A stretch of 21,489 nt of DNA. Origin: Oculatellaceae cyanobacterium bins.114 (lineage in GTDB: Bacteria; Cyanobacteriota; Cyanobacteriia; Elainellales; Elainellaceae). This document shows positions 1 through 9,150 of this stretch, in pieces (position 1 is the first letter of the stretch; the number at the start of each line of letters is the position of its first letter). The stretch is taken from positions 1 through 21,489 of the forward strand of contig JANRJA010000192.1 of assembly GCA_033764315.1 (NCBI GenBank). Reading direction: 5' to 3'. Position numbers and translations under genes: made by a program. The notes under the pieces are model-generated. The model was not told the DNA's origin. It was given only the letters and a program-made list of their open reading frames with translations, and made no database searches.

Positions 1-56
1 TCACGTAGCTCACACCGTTCGTCTTCGCTTAATCGGACAATGTATTTCTTCTGCAT
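1..56 (-). CDS. IS630-family transposase, N-terminal fragment (partial, runs off the window)
   Basis: Manual translation from ATG at 56 gives MQKKYIVRLSEDERCELR, matching the 'KKYIVRLxxEERxxL' start of IS630 HTH transposases. GAGG RBS at 67-64. Confidence 0.7.
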   Translation of the reverse strand, partial: MQKKYIVRLSEDERCELR

Positions 57-136
57 AAAGCACCCTCGCGCTTTATACACCGTCGCCGATCTAGACGCAG
101 TTGCCAACCCTAATTCCTAGTTTTGACGCAGCACTA
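1..136 (-). mobile_element. Left end of an IS630-family-like insertion sequence (element continues beyond the window)
   Basis: The minus strand reads (C)TA-GTGCTGCGTCAAAACTAGG from 137 inward: a TA (135-136) within CTAG, followed by a terminus resembling IS630-type ends. A transposase-like ORF starts about 80 nt inside. Confidence 0.65.
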
Positions 137-149
137 GGCTATCTGTTTT

Positions 150-281
150 CTAAGTGCTGGGTTGTAGGGTGCCATCGGCATACAGCTCCATCGGAACAAG
201 AACAATTTTGCCGTCTACAACAGTCTTGGAATACACGATTTTAACGAGAGGAGATTGATTGTCATTGTAGCGACGAGCCAT
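150..281 (-). CDS. Small hypothetical protein, 43 aa (below the ORF-track cutoff)
   Basis: ATG at 281 to TAG at 152-150: MARRYNDNQSPLVKIVYSKTVVDGKIVLVPMELYADGTLQPST. AAGGA RBS about 6 nt upstream. Divergent from the GH15 gene. Confidence 0.6.
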   Translation of the reverse strand: MARRYNDNQSPLVKIVYSKTVVDGKIVLVPMELYADGTLQPST

Positions 282-597
282 GATGATTCCTTGAAATAGA
301 TTGATGACCCTATAAGGGATTTCTATAATTCACCCTATCAACCTTTGCGTGAAGATGCAGAAAATCTCATCTCCCTACTATGAAGATCAGGTAAATTTAC
401 GGAATTATTGCCCCTGATCAGAGACATTACTGACCCCCAAAGGATTCAATAGAAGAGCTGCATTGCAGAAATACCTCTTAAACAAGAGATAATCTAAGAA
501 GTTTGATAGATGACAGCCGTCTCTGCACCCTCTAGTTCCCTTCACGACAGCTTGATTTTGCTCCAAACGACGTTGCCCATCTTTTCACCCCAACGGT

Positions 598-3500
598 ATG
601 TCTACCCAAAATACTGACCGTGACTCTATCAGTCACTCTCAACAATCACTCGTGTCTCTTCGATTACAACTCAATACTTATTATCAAGAGATCAAGACGG
701 TCATTCTGGCTCGGCAAAATCCGTTGACAGGCTTATTGCCTGCCAGTACAGCAGTCAATACTCACGGTAACTACACTGATGCCTGGGTGCGAGACAATGT
801 CTACAGCATTTTGGCTGTCTGGGGGTTATCTCTGGCGTACCGCAAAATTGATGAAGATCGCGGCTATGCCTATGAACTGGAACATAGTGTTGTCAAACTG
901 ATGCGTGGCCTGTTGTTTGCCATGATGCGGCAGGCGTATAAAGTCGAGCGGTTTAAAGAAACTCAAGATTTGTTAGATGCCCTCCACGCCAAATACAACT
1001 TGCAAACAGGAGACACGGTTGTAGGAGATGATGAATGGGGACATTTGCAACTGGACGCCACCTCGCTCTATTTGCTGATGTTGGCACAGATGACAGCCTC
1101 AGGGTTGCAGATTATCTTTACCCTTGATGAGGTGAATTTCATTCAAAACCTGGTGTATTACATCGGGCGAGCATATCGCACTCCTGACTATGGCATTTGG
1201 GAGCGAGGCAACAAGATCAACCACGGTAAGCCTGAGCTAAACGCCAGTTCGGTGGGCATGGCAAAAGCGGCGTTAGAGGCCATTAACGGATTGGATTTGT
1301 TTGGGGTGCGGGGCAGTCAGTCATCCGTGATTCATGTTTTGCCCGACGAGATTGCCCGTGCCCGCATTACCTTAGAGTCTCTGCTACCGAGAGAGTCGGC
1401 CTCTAAGGAGGTGGATGCGGCTCTGTTGAGTGTGATTGGATTTCCAGCATTTGCGGTCGAGAACTTGACCTTGGCAGAGCGAACCCGGACAAATGTGATC
1501 AGCAAACTCCAGGGCAACTATGGATGTAAGCGGTTTTTGCGCGATGGCCACCAAACTGTCCTAGAAGTGGTGAGCCGACTGCACTATGAGCCGTGGGAAC
1601 TCAAGCAATTTGAACACATTGAATGTGAATGGCCTCTATTCTTTACGTATTTATTACTAGATGCATTATTTCGGGGCGATCGCGATCAAGCCGTTGAGTA
1701 TCGAGAACGTTTAGAAAACGTATTGGTTGAGCACAATGGCAATTCTCTCTTGCCAGAACTGTACTACGTGCCCAAAGACCACATTGAAGCCGAACGTGCC
1801 AATCCCCGTAGTCAACCTCGGCTACCCAACGAGAACGTTCCCTTGGTGTGGGCACAAAGCCTCTTTTTGTTAGGCAAATTTTTGCAAGATGGTTTATTAG
1901 CGGTGGGCGACTTAGATCCCCTGGGACGACACTTGCGCTCTGAGCATCGCGCCGAACCGCTAGTGCAGATCGCATTGCTAGCAGAAGATGAAATGTTGCA
2001 ATCACAACTGGCAACCTATGGCATTGCGACTCAGACCCCTAAACAAGTAGCCCCGATTCAGGTGCGGCAAGCTAGCGAATTGGCAGCGGTTTATAGCCAG
2101 GTGGGACGCAATGATAAGCTGTTGCTGAGCGGTCGTCCTAAACGCCGACTCCGCAGTTTGACTACCTCTAGAGTGTTTCGCATTCGAGGTGAAACCATCG
2201 TTTTTCTGCCATCATTTTTAGACCAACAACAGTTTTATCTGACACTCGATAATCACTTCCTGGTGGCTCAAATTAAAGGTGAGTTAGCGTATATCAAACG
2301 TCACTGGTCACAGTTGGGCCGTCCTACGATGACCCTATTGTTGACACACGATATGTTTAAGTATGAGTCTCCGTTGTTGGAGCTAATTCAAGATTTGCGA
2401 AACGGGCAGTGCAATGGTGTGACAGTGAAATTAGGACAATTGCAATCCTTTTTGTTAACCGCAGGGCTTGAGCGTGTGGACTTTATTCACGATTTTCAGT
2501 TCACTCAATCCTCAGTGCAAAACGCTCAACCCAAACCCTATTACCTGACGTTTCACCCCGATCGCAACTGGATGTTGGGCAGCACTCAAGAATTTATGCT
2601 GGAGTGTGAAACTAATCTTCACTTACTGATTACTAGTTTGCGCCAATCTAATAATTTATACGAACAGATTGAGTTGTTAGAGGCGTTAACTCGTTTGCGT
2701 GGGTTGAGTTTTGAAACGGGTATAGGTGGCCCTGGGCAGTCTGTCACAGTGGAAGATCTGCTCAATGAAGTGTATGAAAAAGCAGGTCAAATTCAACTGT
2801 GGGCGGTGGTGCGTCGAGCGGCTGGTTTGTTAAACAAGGTAGATATTGGTTTATCAGATGCAGTCACAGATATTTTGGTGCGGCAAAAACAAATTGCTGT
2901 GGGCAAAGCTTACAGTGAAGATTCACTGATTACTAGCCCCATGTCTCATAGTGAGGTCATGGAAAAAATTCGTGAGTTTGTGCGACAAGATATTCGCGAT
3001 CGCCCCTTGACCCAAGAAATTTTGATTTATCTTGGCATTCTCATCAAAACTGATCCAACTCTATTCAACGGTTTGTTAACACTGCGAGTGGGCTATCTGA
3101 TTTTGTTGATCACCAGTGAATTGGCACGAGAGTTGCAAGTGACGCAAGATGAAGCCTATGAACACTTAATGCAACTTAGCCCATTTGAGGTTAAAACTCG
3201 TCTCGAACGGGTCTTATCAGATTATGCCGATTTGGATCAATCGCTGTTTCGGCAAGAATCGCTGCGAATCAACCAGCAAAACATTCAATGGAATGTCTTG
3301 CCTGAGCAGGTCGAAACCCAAGCCTCGGTAAACTGGTGGCGACAACGGCAGCGAGATGGTTCCCTAAACCGAGTTCCCAAAAACTTCTATCCTAATGTCT
3401 GGCAGGTGATGCAGCACTGTAAGGGAGTGGTGATTGGCGATAAACTAGAACGGCGCAATCGGTTAGACAGTGACCCAATCTTATCGGAAATGACACCGGG

Positions 3501-3864
3501 CGAAAAAAACTTTGCCTTGCGGGTTGAGCATTTGCTGAATAAGATTCAGGCACCCGAATATCGTCAAGTTAATATTGAAGCTTTAGTGGAATTAGCTGCG
3601 ATCGTTGAGAAAAACCCTGACCTGCGAATTGAGGAATATATTGTGTTGGATGTGTTGATTGGGCATGCGGTGCGCTTAGCCTGGTTAGACAAACACGCTA
3701 AGGAAGGGGATCGGTATGACGAACACAAAGCTTCGGCATGGCGTGCCTTTTATGAAAGTTCACCCTATGACTGTGCTATCTATATCAGTAAAGCCTTGCA
3801 ATTCTTGTCAGAACTCGGTCAGACCACAGTTCCCGAAGAAGTCACATACACACAGATTCCATAA
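598..3864 (+). CDS. Glycoside hydrolase family 15 / phosphorylase kinase alpha/beta-subunit-like protein
   Basis: 1088 aa with motifs TGLLPAS, DAWVRDNVYSI, WGHLQLDATS, PDYGIWERG, LPRESASKEVD, YGCKRFLRDG, IECEWPLF, PLVWAQS and MTPGEKNFA, typical of PhK alpha/beta-like GH15 proteins. Confidence 0.9.
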   Translation: MSTQNTDRDSISHSQQSLVSLRLQLNTYYQEIKTVILARQNPLTGLLPASTAVNTHGNYTDAWVRDNVYSILAVWGLSLAYRKIDEDRGYAYELEHSVVKLMRGLLFAMMRQAYKVERFKETQDLLDALHAKYNLQTGDTVVGDDEWGHLQLDATSLYLLMLAQMTASGLQIIFTLDEVNFIQNLVYYIGRAYRTPDYGIWERGNKINHGKPELNASSVGMAKAALEAINGLDLFGVRGSQSSVIHVLPDEIARARITLESLLPRESASKEVDAALLSVIGFPAFAVENLTLAERTRTNVISKLQGNYGCKRFLRDGHQTVLEVVSRLHYEPWELKQFEHIECEWPLFFTYLLLDALFRGDRDQAVEYRERLENVLVEHNGNSLLPELYYVPKDHIEAERANPRSQPRLPNENVPLVWAQSLFLLGKFLQDGLLAVGDLDPLGRHLRSEHRAEPLVQIALLAEDEMLQSQLATYGIATQTPKQVAPIQVRQASELAAVYSQVGRNDKLLLSGRPKRRLRSLTTSRVFRIRGETIVFLPSFLDQQQFYLTLDNHFLVAQIKGELAYIKRHWSQLGRPTMTLLLTHDMFKYESPLLELIQDLRNGQCNGVTVKLGQLQSFLLTAGLERVDFIHDFQFTQSSVQNAQPKPYYLTFHPDRNWMLGSTQEFMLECETNLHLLITSLRQSNNLYEQIELLEALTRLRGLSFETGIGGPGQSVTVEDLLNEVYEKAGQIQLWAVVRRAAGLLNKVDIGLSDAVTDILVRQKQIAVGKAYSEDSLITSPMSHSEVMEKIREFVRQDIRDRPLTQEILIYLGILIKTDPTLFNGLLTLRVGYLILLITSELARELQVTQDEAYEHLMQLSPFEVKTRLERVLSDYADLDQSLFRQESLRINQQNIQWNVLPEQVETQASVNWWRQRQRDGSLNRVPKNFYPNVWQVMQHCKGVVIGDKLERRNRLDSDPILSEMTPGEKNFALRVEHLLNKIQAPEYRQVNIEALVELAAIVEKNPDLRIEEYIVLDVLIGHAVRLAWLDKHAKEGDRYDEHKASAWRAFYESSPYDCAIYISKALQFLSELGQTTVPEEVTYTQIP

Positions 3865-3897
3865 TTTTGAGGAGAGCAGAAGACATCGTTGTTGCTA

Positions 3898-4797
3898 TTA
3901 GACCGTTATCTGTTGTTTTTCAGTAAAATACATCGCAATTCCTTTTTCGTAGTAAGCCGCTTCATTAATAAAAATGGGATAAACCGTTGATGGCTCTTCA
4001 TAGATGATCACCTGTCCATCAAATGTCAAAAAAATGGGATCTCCCGGATGCAGCGGCTGATAGTCTTTAAATTGCAATTGAGGATGAATCATGGCTTGAA
4101 TTTCACCTAATTGATCTCTGGGATAATCGATCGCCTTGATGTAGCGATAGATAGTTAGAGGTTGGGTCAATGTTTGATTGAAGAACGGCACGGTTTCAGT
4201 ATTAATTTGTTCTAAATAATTCAAAGTTGTGTAGATTAAGGCTTCAGTTTTAAGAAACAAATCGGCAATTAAAACCCCCTGAGCGATCGGGCCAACCTCA
4301 ATCCCTAAGCCAAACTGACCGAGCGATCGCAAAGAATCTTGACCTCGTCCTGAATTGGCAGAGTGGTATATCTGAATCGATGGATGCACTGAACTCAAAT
4401 AAGCCACTAGCTGAAGTGTAAACACATCATCCGTATCAATAATCAGAGTTAACCCCATATTAGCGGTGGTGCTGTGTAAATCTACAATGACATCAGCGGG
4501 AGTTTTGCCCTGTGAGCCAAAAAGTTGTTCAATGTCTCTGGCTCGTAACTCTTCATAGGTCAACAACTCTTCTTTTGTCGCGTCTTGTCGGTTAAAACTG
4601 CGATTTAGATCTTTGTCGATATATCTCACGTTGGCTGCAAATGCGTCTGGATTCCCAAATAGTGTTTGAGTTTCAAAACTTGATCTAGCAATTAAATCAG
4701 GAAATTTCTCAAATTTTTTAATCAGAAATGCTCCGATCAGTTCATTCCCGTGAGTTGCACCTGCGAGTAATACTCGATTGAGTGTTCTCTTTTGCAT
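3898..4797 (-). CDS. Aspartoacylase (AstE/AspA family zinc hydrolase)
   Basis: GATHGNE (Zn ligands H, E), RYIDKDLNRSF, DLHSTTANMG, IEVGP, DYPR, MIHPQLQ and PIFINEAAYYEKG. Confidence 0.92.
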   Translation of the reverse strand: MQKRTLNRVLLAGATHGNELIGAFLIKKFEKFPDLIARSSFETQTLFGNPDAFAANVRYIDKDLNRSFNRQDATKEELLTYEELRARDIEQLFGSQGKTPADVIVDLHSTTANMGLTLIIDTDDVFTLQLVAYLSSVHPSIQIYHSANSGRGQDSLRSLGQFGLGIEVGPIAQGVLIADLFLKTEALIYTTLNYLEQINTETVPFFNQTLTQPLTIYRYIKAIDYPRDQLGEIQAMIHPQLQFKDYQPLHPGDPIFLTFDGQVIIYEEPSTVYPIFINEAAYYEKGIAMYFTEKQQITV

Positions 4798-4879
4798 GAT
4801 TTCTGTCTCCGGGAAAAGAAGTGTTCGCTGTGATTTAGAGCCTATACTGTTTTGAAAAACTCTTGCAACAGATCGTTTT

Positions 4880-4995
4880 ATACCAATTCAATTTTTTAAG
4901 GTTACACATCTGACCCCTCCTAACCTCCCCTTACCAAGGGGAGGTGCCACAGGCGGTGGGGTGTGATCTGTAGGAGTCATTTCTAGAATTGGTAT
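4880..4995. repeat. MITE-like short dispersed repeat with terminal inverted repeats and an internal hairpin
   Basis: ATACCAATTC (4880-4889) and GAATTGGTAT (4986-4995) are a perfect 10-bp inverted pair. Internal stem ACCTCCCCTT-acc-AAGGGGAGGT (4923-4945). Confidence 0.75.
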
Positions 4996-5034
4996 TAGAT
5001 AGAGACATCGCTGATTGCCTGACCAATCTTTGAG

Positions 5035-5110
5035 GCTTGGCGGTTGAAATCGCCGGACGTTCGGCGAAGCTCAATCGAGCCGTCGAGCCGCAGACTTCGA
5101 TCGGATACGC
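5035..5110. repeat. Probable degenerate cyanobacterial short dispersed repeat(s)
   Basis: GC-rich intergenic patch with GGCG(G)TTGAAATCGCC hairpin, TTCGGCGAAGCTCA and tandem TCGAGCCG-TCGAGCCG. Family resemblance is from memory only. Confidence 0.4.
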
Positions 5111-5228
5111 CAGCCCCAGCAAGGAATATTAAGGGTTGTAGCACCTTCATCATTCGACCCAGAGACACAGTTTACTCAGCTCTTGCCCAACGTTTGTGGT
5201 TGCTATGGCGACTGAAGGATTCGACTGT

Positions 5229-6521
5229 TCAACCCGAAATCGGCAACTGAATCCAAAACTCGGTACCCTGACCCACTTCAGACTGCACGGTCAAAATTCC
5301 CTGATGTTGTCGGGTGACAATTTGACGGGCGATCGCCAGACCTAATCCTGTGCCCTTACCAACGCTTTTAGTGGTGAATAAGTGATCAAAGATTTTGGAT
5401 TTGATCTCGTCTGGGATGCCTTTACCGTTGTCGTGAATGCGGATCTCCACAAGATTTTGGGGAGTGATCACAGCCGTTTGAATCGAGATCGTCTGAGGTT
5501 TGTCTTTGAGGTCTTCAAAGGAAGAATGTTCAGCTGCTTCATCAAACACATCGATCGCGTTTGCCAGGATATTCATAAAGACCTGATTGAGTCGCCCAGG
5601 AAAACATTGAATAAGGGGCAACTCGCCATAGTTCCGAATCACTTGAATGGCAGGGCGATATTCATTGGCTTTCAATCGGTATTTGAGAATTAATAGAGCA
5701 CTGTCGATGCCTTCGTGCAAATCAGCACTCTCCTTGTGTTCTGTATCGGTACGAGCAAAGGTACGAAGGCTATTGCTGATGTTACTAATGCGATCGGTTG
5801 CGTTTTTCATAGAGTCCAGCAACTTTGGCAAATCTTTGCTGAGAAACTCTAAATCAATCTCATTGGCGTGATCTTGTATGTCTGCGGCTGAATCGGGATA
5901 GTGTTGCTGATAGAGTGCTAAATGGTTGAGCAGGTCTTGTATGTAATCTTGGGCATGGTGGATGCTCCCTTCTAAAAAACCGATTGGGTTGTTAATTTCA
6001 TGACCAACCCCTGCCACTAAATTGCCCAGAGTTGACATTTTCTCAGCTTGAACTAATCGCAACTGAGAATGCTTGAGTTGTTCAAGGGCACTGTGCAACC
6101 CATGAGTGCTCTCTGCCACACGAATTTCTAGGGTTTTATTCCATTGCCGTAATTGCAAATGGGTTCTCACTCTGGCCAATAGTTCTTTTTCTTGAAATGG
6201 TTTGGTGATGTAATCGACGGCTCCTAGTTCAAACGCTTTGACCTTATTATCGATATCACTGAATGCTGTCATGAAGATGATCGGAATAGTAGCCATCTCC
6301 GGATTTGCTTTGATTTGCTGGCAGGTTTCAAAGCCGTCAATTCCAGGCATTTGCACATCAATTAAAATTAAATCTGGGAGATAGGTTTGCAGCCGTTTCA
6401 GGGCGCGATCGCCACTAATTGCAGTCGCGACTCCATACCCTACTGAAGTCAACATCTCCGTCACGACTTCTAAGTTAGTGGGCATATCATCTATAACCAG
6501 AATTTTGACGTCGTACCACAT
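5229..6521 (-). CDS. Cytoplasmic hybrid kinase: REC + HisKA + HATPase (NtrB-like H-box)
   Basis: REC: ILVIDD, DLILID, DYITKPF. H-box GHEINNP, N-box NQVFMNILANAID, G1 DNGKG, F/G2 [15 protein letters not shown]. Confidence 0.93.
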   Translation of the reverse strand: MWYDVKILVIDDMPTNLEVVTEMLTSVGYGVATAISGDRALKRLQTYLPDLILIDVQMPGIDGFETCQQIKANPEMATIPIIFMTAFSDIDNKVKAFELGAVDYITKPFQEKELLARVRTHLQLRQWNKTLEIRVAESTHGLHSALEQLKHSQLRLVQAEKMSTLGNLVAGVGHEINNPIGFLEGSIHHAQDYIQDLLNHLALYQQHYPDSAADIQDHANEIDLEFLSKDLPKLLDSMKNATDRISNISNSLRTFARTDTEHKESADLHEGIDSALLILKYRLKANEYRPAIQVIRNYGELPLIQCFPGRLNQVFMNILANAIDVFDEAAEHSSFEDLKDKPQTISIQTAVITPQNLVEIRIHDNGKGIPDEIKSKIFDHLFTTKSVGKGTGLGLAIARQIVTRQHQGILTVQSEVGQGTEFWIQLPISG

Positions 6522-6537
6522 AAATCAAATTCCCTGG

Positions 6538-9150
6538 CTAGATAGTGACTAAATAGTGTTGTAGTAATTCTTCAATCTCTTCTGCTTTAAATTGCTTAGC
6601 GAGTTGCAGCATGGGTTCGGCAAAAGGGAGATAGATGGGGTCGGTGTTGATCAATTGCTCAAGGTGCTCGCGCAACGTTTTTAGATTGGCCTGGTGAGCC
6701 AGCTCTAACAATATTTTTAAGGTGTCGTGGGGGGGCAAAATTAAATCATCGGGCACAGGGTCTGAAGTTGCTTGCTCGTTGACGTTGGGTTCATAAACCC
6801 ACTCTAAATCTAAATGAGTGGATATTAATTGAAACAACAACTGAGCATCTACGGGTTTCGCAATAAAGTCGTCACTACCGTGATCGAGTGCCATCTGCTG
6901 ATCGGCTGGAGATACGGATGCAGATGAAACAATGACCTTAGTGTGTTTAAAAGTTTCGTGACTACGAATGTAGTTCAACAATTCAAACCCATCCATGACT
7001 GGCATCACTAGATCAGCAATGACCAAATCAGGGTGCGTAGTCTGAAGTTGCTCTAAGCCGACTTGACCATTTTCTGCCTCAACCACTGAGAAACCGAGTG
7101 GTTCTAGTAGGTTTAACAGAACAGTCCGGTTTTCCCAGCGATCGTCTACCACCAAAATCTTGCGGCGATCGCCCGTATATCCCACCAGGCGATTGTTGTC
7201 CAGGGGTGTTTCTTGTTGATGCACCCAATCCTCAACCAGAGGTAACTGAATCGTAAAGAAAAACTCACTGCCTTCTCCCAGGCGGCTTCTGACCTGAATG
7301 TTCCCTCCCATCAGGTGAATAATACGTTGACTGATGGCAAGACCGAGTCCGGTTCCTTCTACATTCCACTGGCGATCGCCCACTTGCTCAAACGCTTGAA
7401 ACACTTTGGGGAGATCGGCTTCAGCAATGCCAGCTCCGGTATCGATTACCCTAAACAAAAGGGAGACTTGAGTCTCAGAGAGATTCAGCACGTCCACCTG
7501 TAGAGCCACTGACCCTTGATTTGTAAACTTAATGGCATTGCTCAACAAGTTCAGCAAAACCTGCCGCAACCGCTTTTCATCTGTTTTGACCCTACCCGGC
7601 AAACGAGAACTGGGCTGGTAAACAAACTCAATTCCCTTTTGGTCAGCTCGAAGCTTACATATTTCCACCACGCTTTGTAAGAGAGCAGGTAGATGCACTG
7701 CTGTTGGTGTTAATTCCAGCTTACGAGCTTCGATTTTAGACAGATCTAAAACATCGTTAATCAAAGTGAGCAGATGAGAGCCACATTGGTAGATGACGTT
7801 AACCCCATTGCGGTCTTGATCCGATAAAGTCTTAACCCGTGCCAAAATTTGGGCATACCCCAAGATGCCATTCAGGGGCGTTCGCAATTCGTGGCTCATG
7901 TTTGCCAAAAATTCGCTCTTAGCCTGGTTCGCTGCATCGGCTTGTTCTTTAGCCTGGGCTAACTCAGCAGTCCGCTCTGCTACCCGATGTTCTAGGGTTT
8001 CAAAAGACGTCTTGAGTTGTCCTGCCATTTGGTTAAAGGTTCGGGCTAGTGTGCCGACCTCGTCTTGGGTCATGACGGGCACCGTTTGAGTTAAATCTCC
8101 CTCGGCTAAGCGGGTGGCGGCTGCACTGATTGCCAAAATCGGACGGGTAATGCGTCGAGATAGCAGATAAACTGCAATTAGGAGCGTGCTAGAGGATAAA
8201 AAGCCAATGATCAAAATATTGCGAGCTAATTGCTGAGCCGGAAGAAAGGCTTGAGACTGGCTAATCTCAGCCATTAACGCCAGGTTCTGTGCAGGCAACC
8301 AGCGATAGACCCCCACCACCGGAACCCCCTGATAATTGACATAACGACCAAAGCCACTCTGTTGATCAATGGCGCGATCGATGCCCTCGCTGTGAATCTC
8401 CTCCGTCGTTGGGGTTGCATTGGCAGGGTCAGAAGCGGGTTGGTTAGTATCTTGCTTGGAGATAAAAATAGTTTCTCCCTTTGCCTGACCCACCAGATAG
8501 GTTTCTGCTGTTTCACCTAACCCCGTATTATCTCGAATCAGAGTATCTATCTCATTCAGATTGAGATCAGCAACGAGAGCCGCCATGCGGATTCCCTGCA
8601 CATCCACAATGGGCACGGCAACGGTAATGTCTGCTTTTTGAGTGGTTGGGGAGATATAGAAATTGGGGACGACCGTGTTGATGCGATCGCGGGTGAAGTA
8701 AGTGGTTGGGTCGCCCAAGGGACGGTAGGTTCCTTCTAAACTGGGATCAATAGAGTCAAAGACCACAAAGCCACTATTGCGAGTGATGCGAATGCTGTGA
8801 AGATTGGGTTTGATCTCAATGAGCCGAGTGATGTATTGATCCAGCGACTGATAGGCATTTTGATAAGACAGTTGAGTAGACTCGGTTGTCAGTAAGGTCT
8901 GAATGGCTGATTGAATCTCGGATTCTTGGCTCACCAACAAAATATCGCGTAACTGATCTTCAACCCATTTATTCAGCTGATAACTCTTGAGTTGGGCTGC
9001 CACCGTGAGTCGGTTGATCACTTCTGTTTCTAAAGAAGCACGGGCTTTGAAGTAAGAACCAACGGCGACAGCACTAATAGTAATGACCGATAGCACCGAA
9101 AAATAACTGACTAACTGGGTTAATAGGCTGGTATGCTGCCAACGTTTCAT
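6538..9150 (-). CDS. Membrane hybrid sensor histidine kinase (Cache-HAMP-HisKA-HATPase-REC)
   Basis: Two hydrophobic helices flank a Cache-like periplasmic region. HAMP (ITRPILAI...[13 protein letters not shown]), [24 protein letters not shown] and REC DLVIAD. Start placed at ATG 9150 (MKRWQ...), which overlaps the upstream stop as ATGA, rather than at 9201. Confidence 0.92.
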   Translation of the reverse strand: MKRWQHTSLLTQLVSYFSVLSVITISAVAVGSYFKARASLETEVINRLTVAAQLKSYQLNKWVEDQLRDILLVSQESEIQSAIQTLLTTESTQLSYQNAYQSLDQYITRLIEIKPNLHSIRITRNSGFVVFDSIDPSLEGTYRPLGDPTTYFTRDRINTVVPNFYISPTTQKADITVAVPIVDVQGIRMAALVADLNLNEIDTLIRDNTGLGETAETYLVGQAKGETIFISKQDTNQPASDPANATPTTEEIHSEGIDRAIDQQSGFGRYVNYQGVPVVGVYRWLPAQNLALMAEISQSQAFLPAQQLARNILIIGFLSSSTLLIAVYLLSRRITRPILAISAAATRLAEGDLTQTVPVMTQDEVGTLARTFNQMAGQLKTSFETLEHRVAERTAELAQAKEQADAANQAKSEFLANMSHELRTPLNGILGYAQILARVKTLSDQDRNGVNVIYQCGSHLLTLINDVLDLSKIEARKLELTPTAVHLPALLQSVVEICKLRADQKGIEFVYQPSSRLPGRVKTDEKRLRQVLLNLLSNAIKFTNQGSVALQVDVLNLSETQVSLLFRVIDTGAGIAEADLPKVFQAFEQVGDRQWNVEGTGLGLAISQRIIHLMGGNIQVRSRLGEGSEFFFTIQLPLVEDWVHQQETPLDNNRLVGYTGDRRKILVVDDRWENRTVLLNLLEPLGFSVVEAENGQVGLEQLQTTHPDLVIADLVMPVMDGFELLNYIRSHETFKHTKVIVSSASVSPADQQMALDHGSDDFIAKPVDAQLLFQLISTHLDLEWVYEPNVNEQATSDPVPDDLILPPHDTLKILLELAHQANLKTLREHLEQLINTDPIYLPFAEPMLQLAKQFKAEEIEELLQHYLVTI

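Noticed and set aside
3898-4797. Aspartoacylase as a tailoring or signal-degrading enzyme for the NRPS product
   Set aside because: It is a widespread cyanobacterial gene about 9.5 kb away, separated by repeats and trx, and the predicted product has no N-acyl group.
4931-5250. ORFs 4931-5122 (-) and 5044-5250 (+)
   Set aside because: They run through hairpin repeats and show no convincing RBS or protein-like features.
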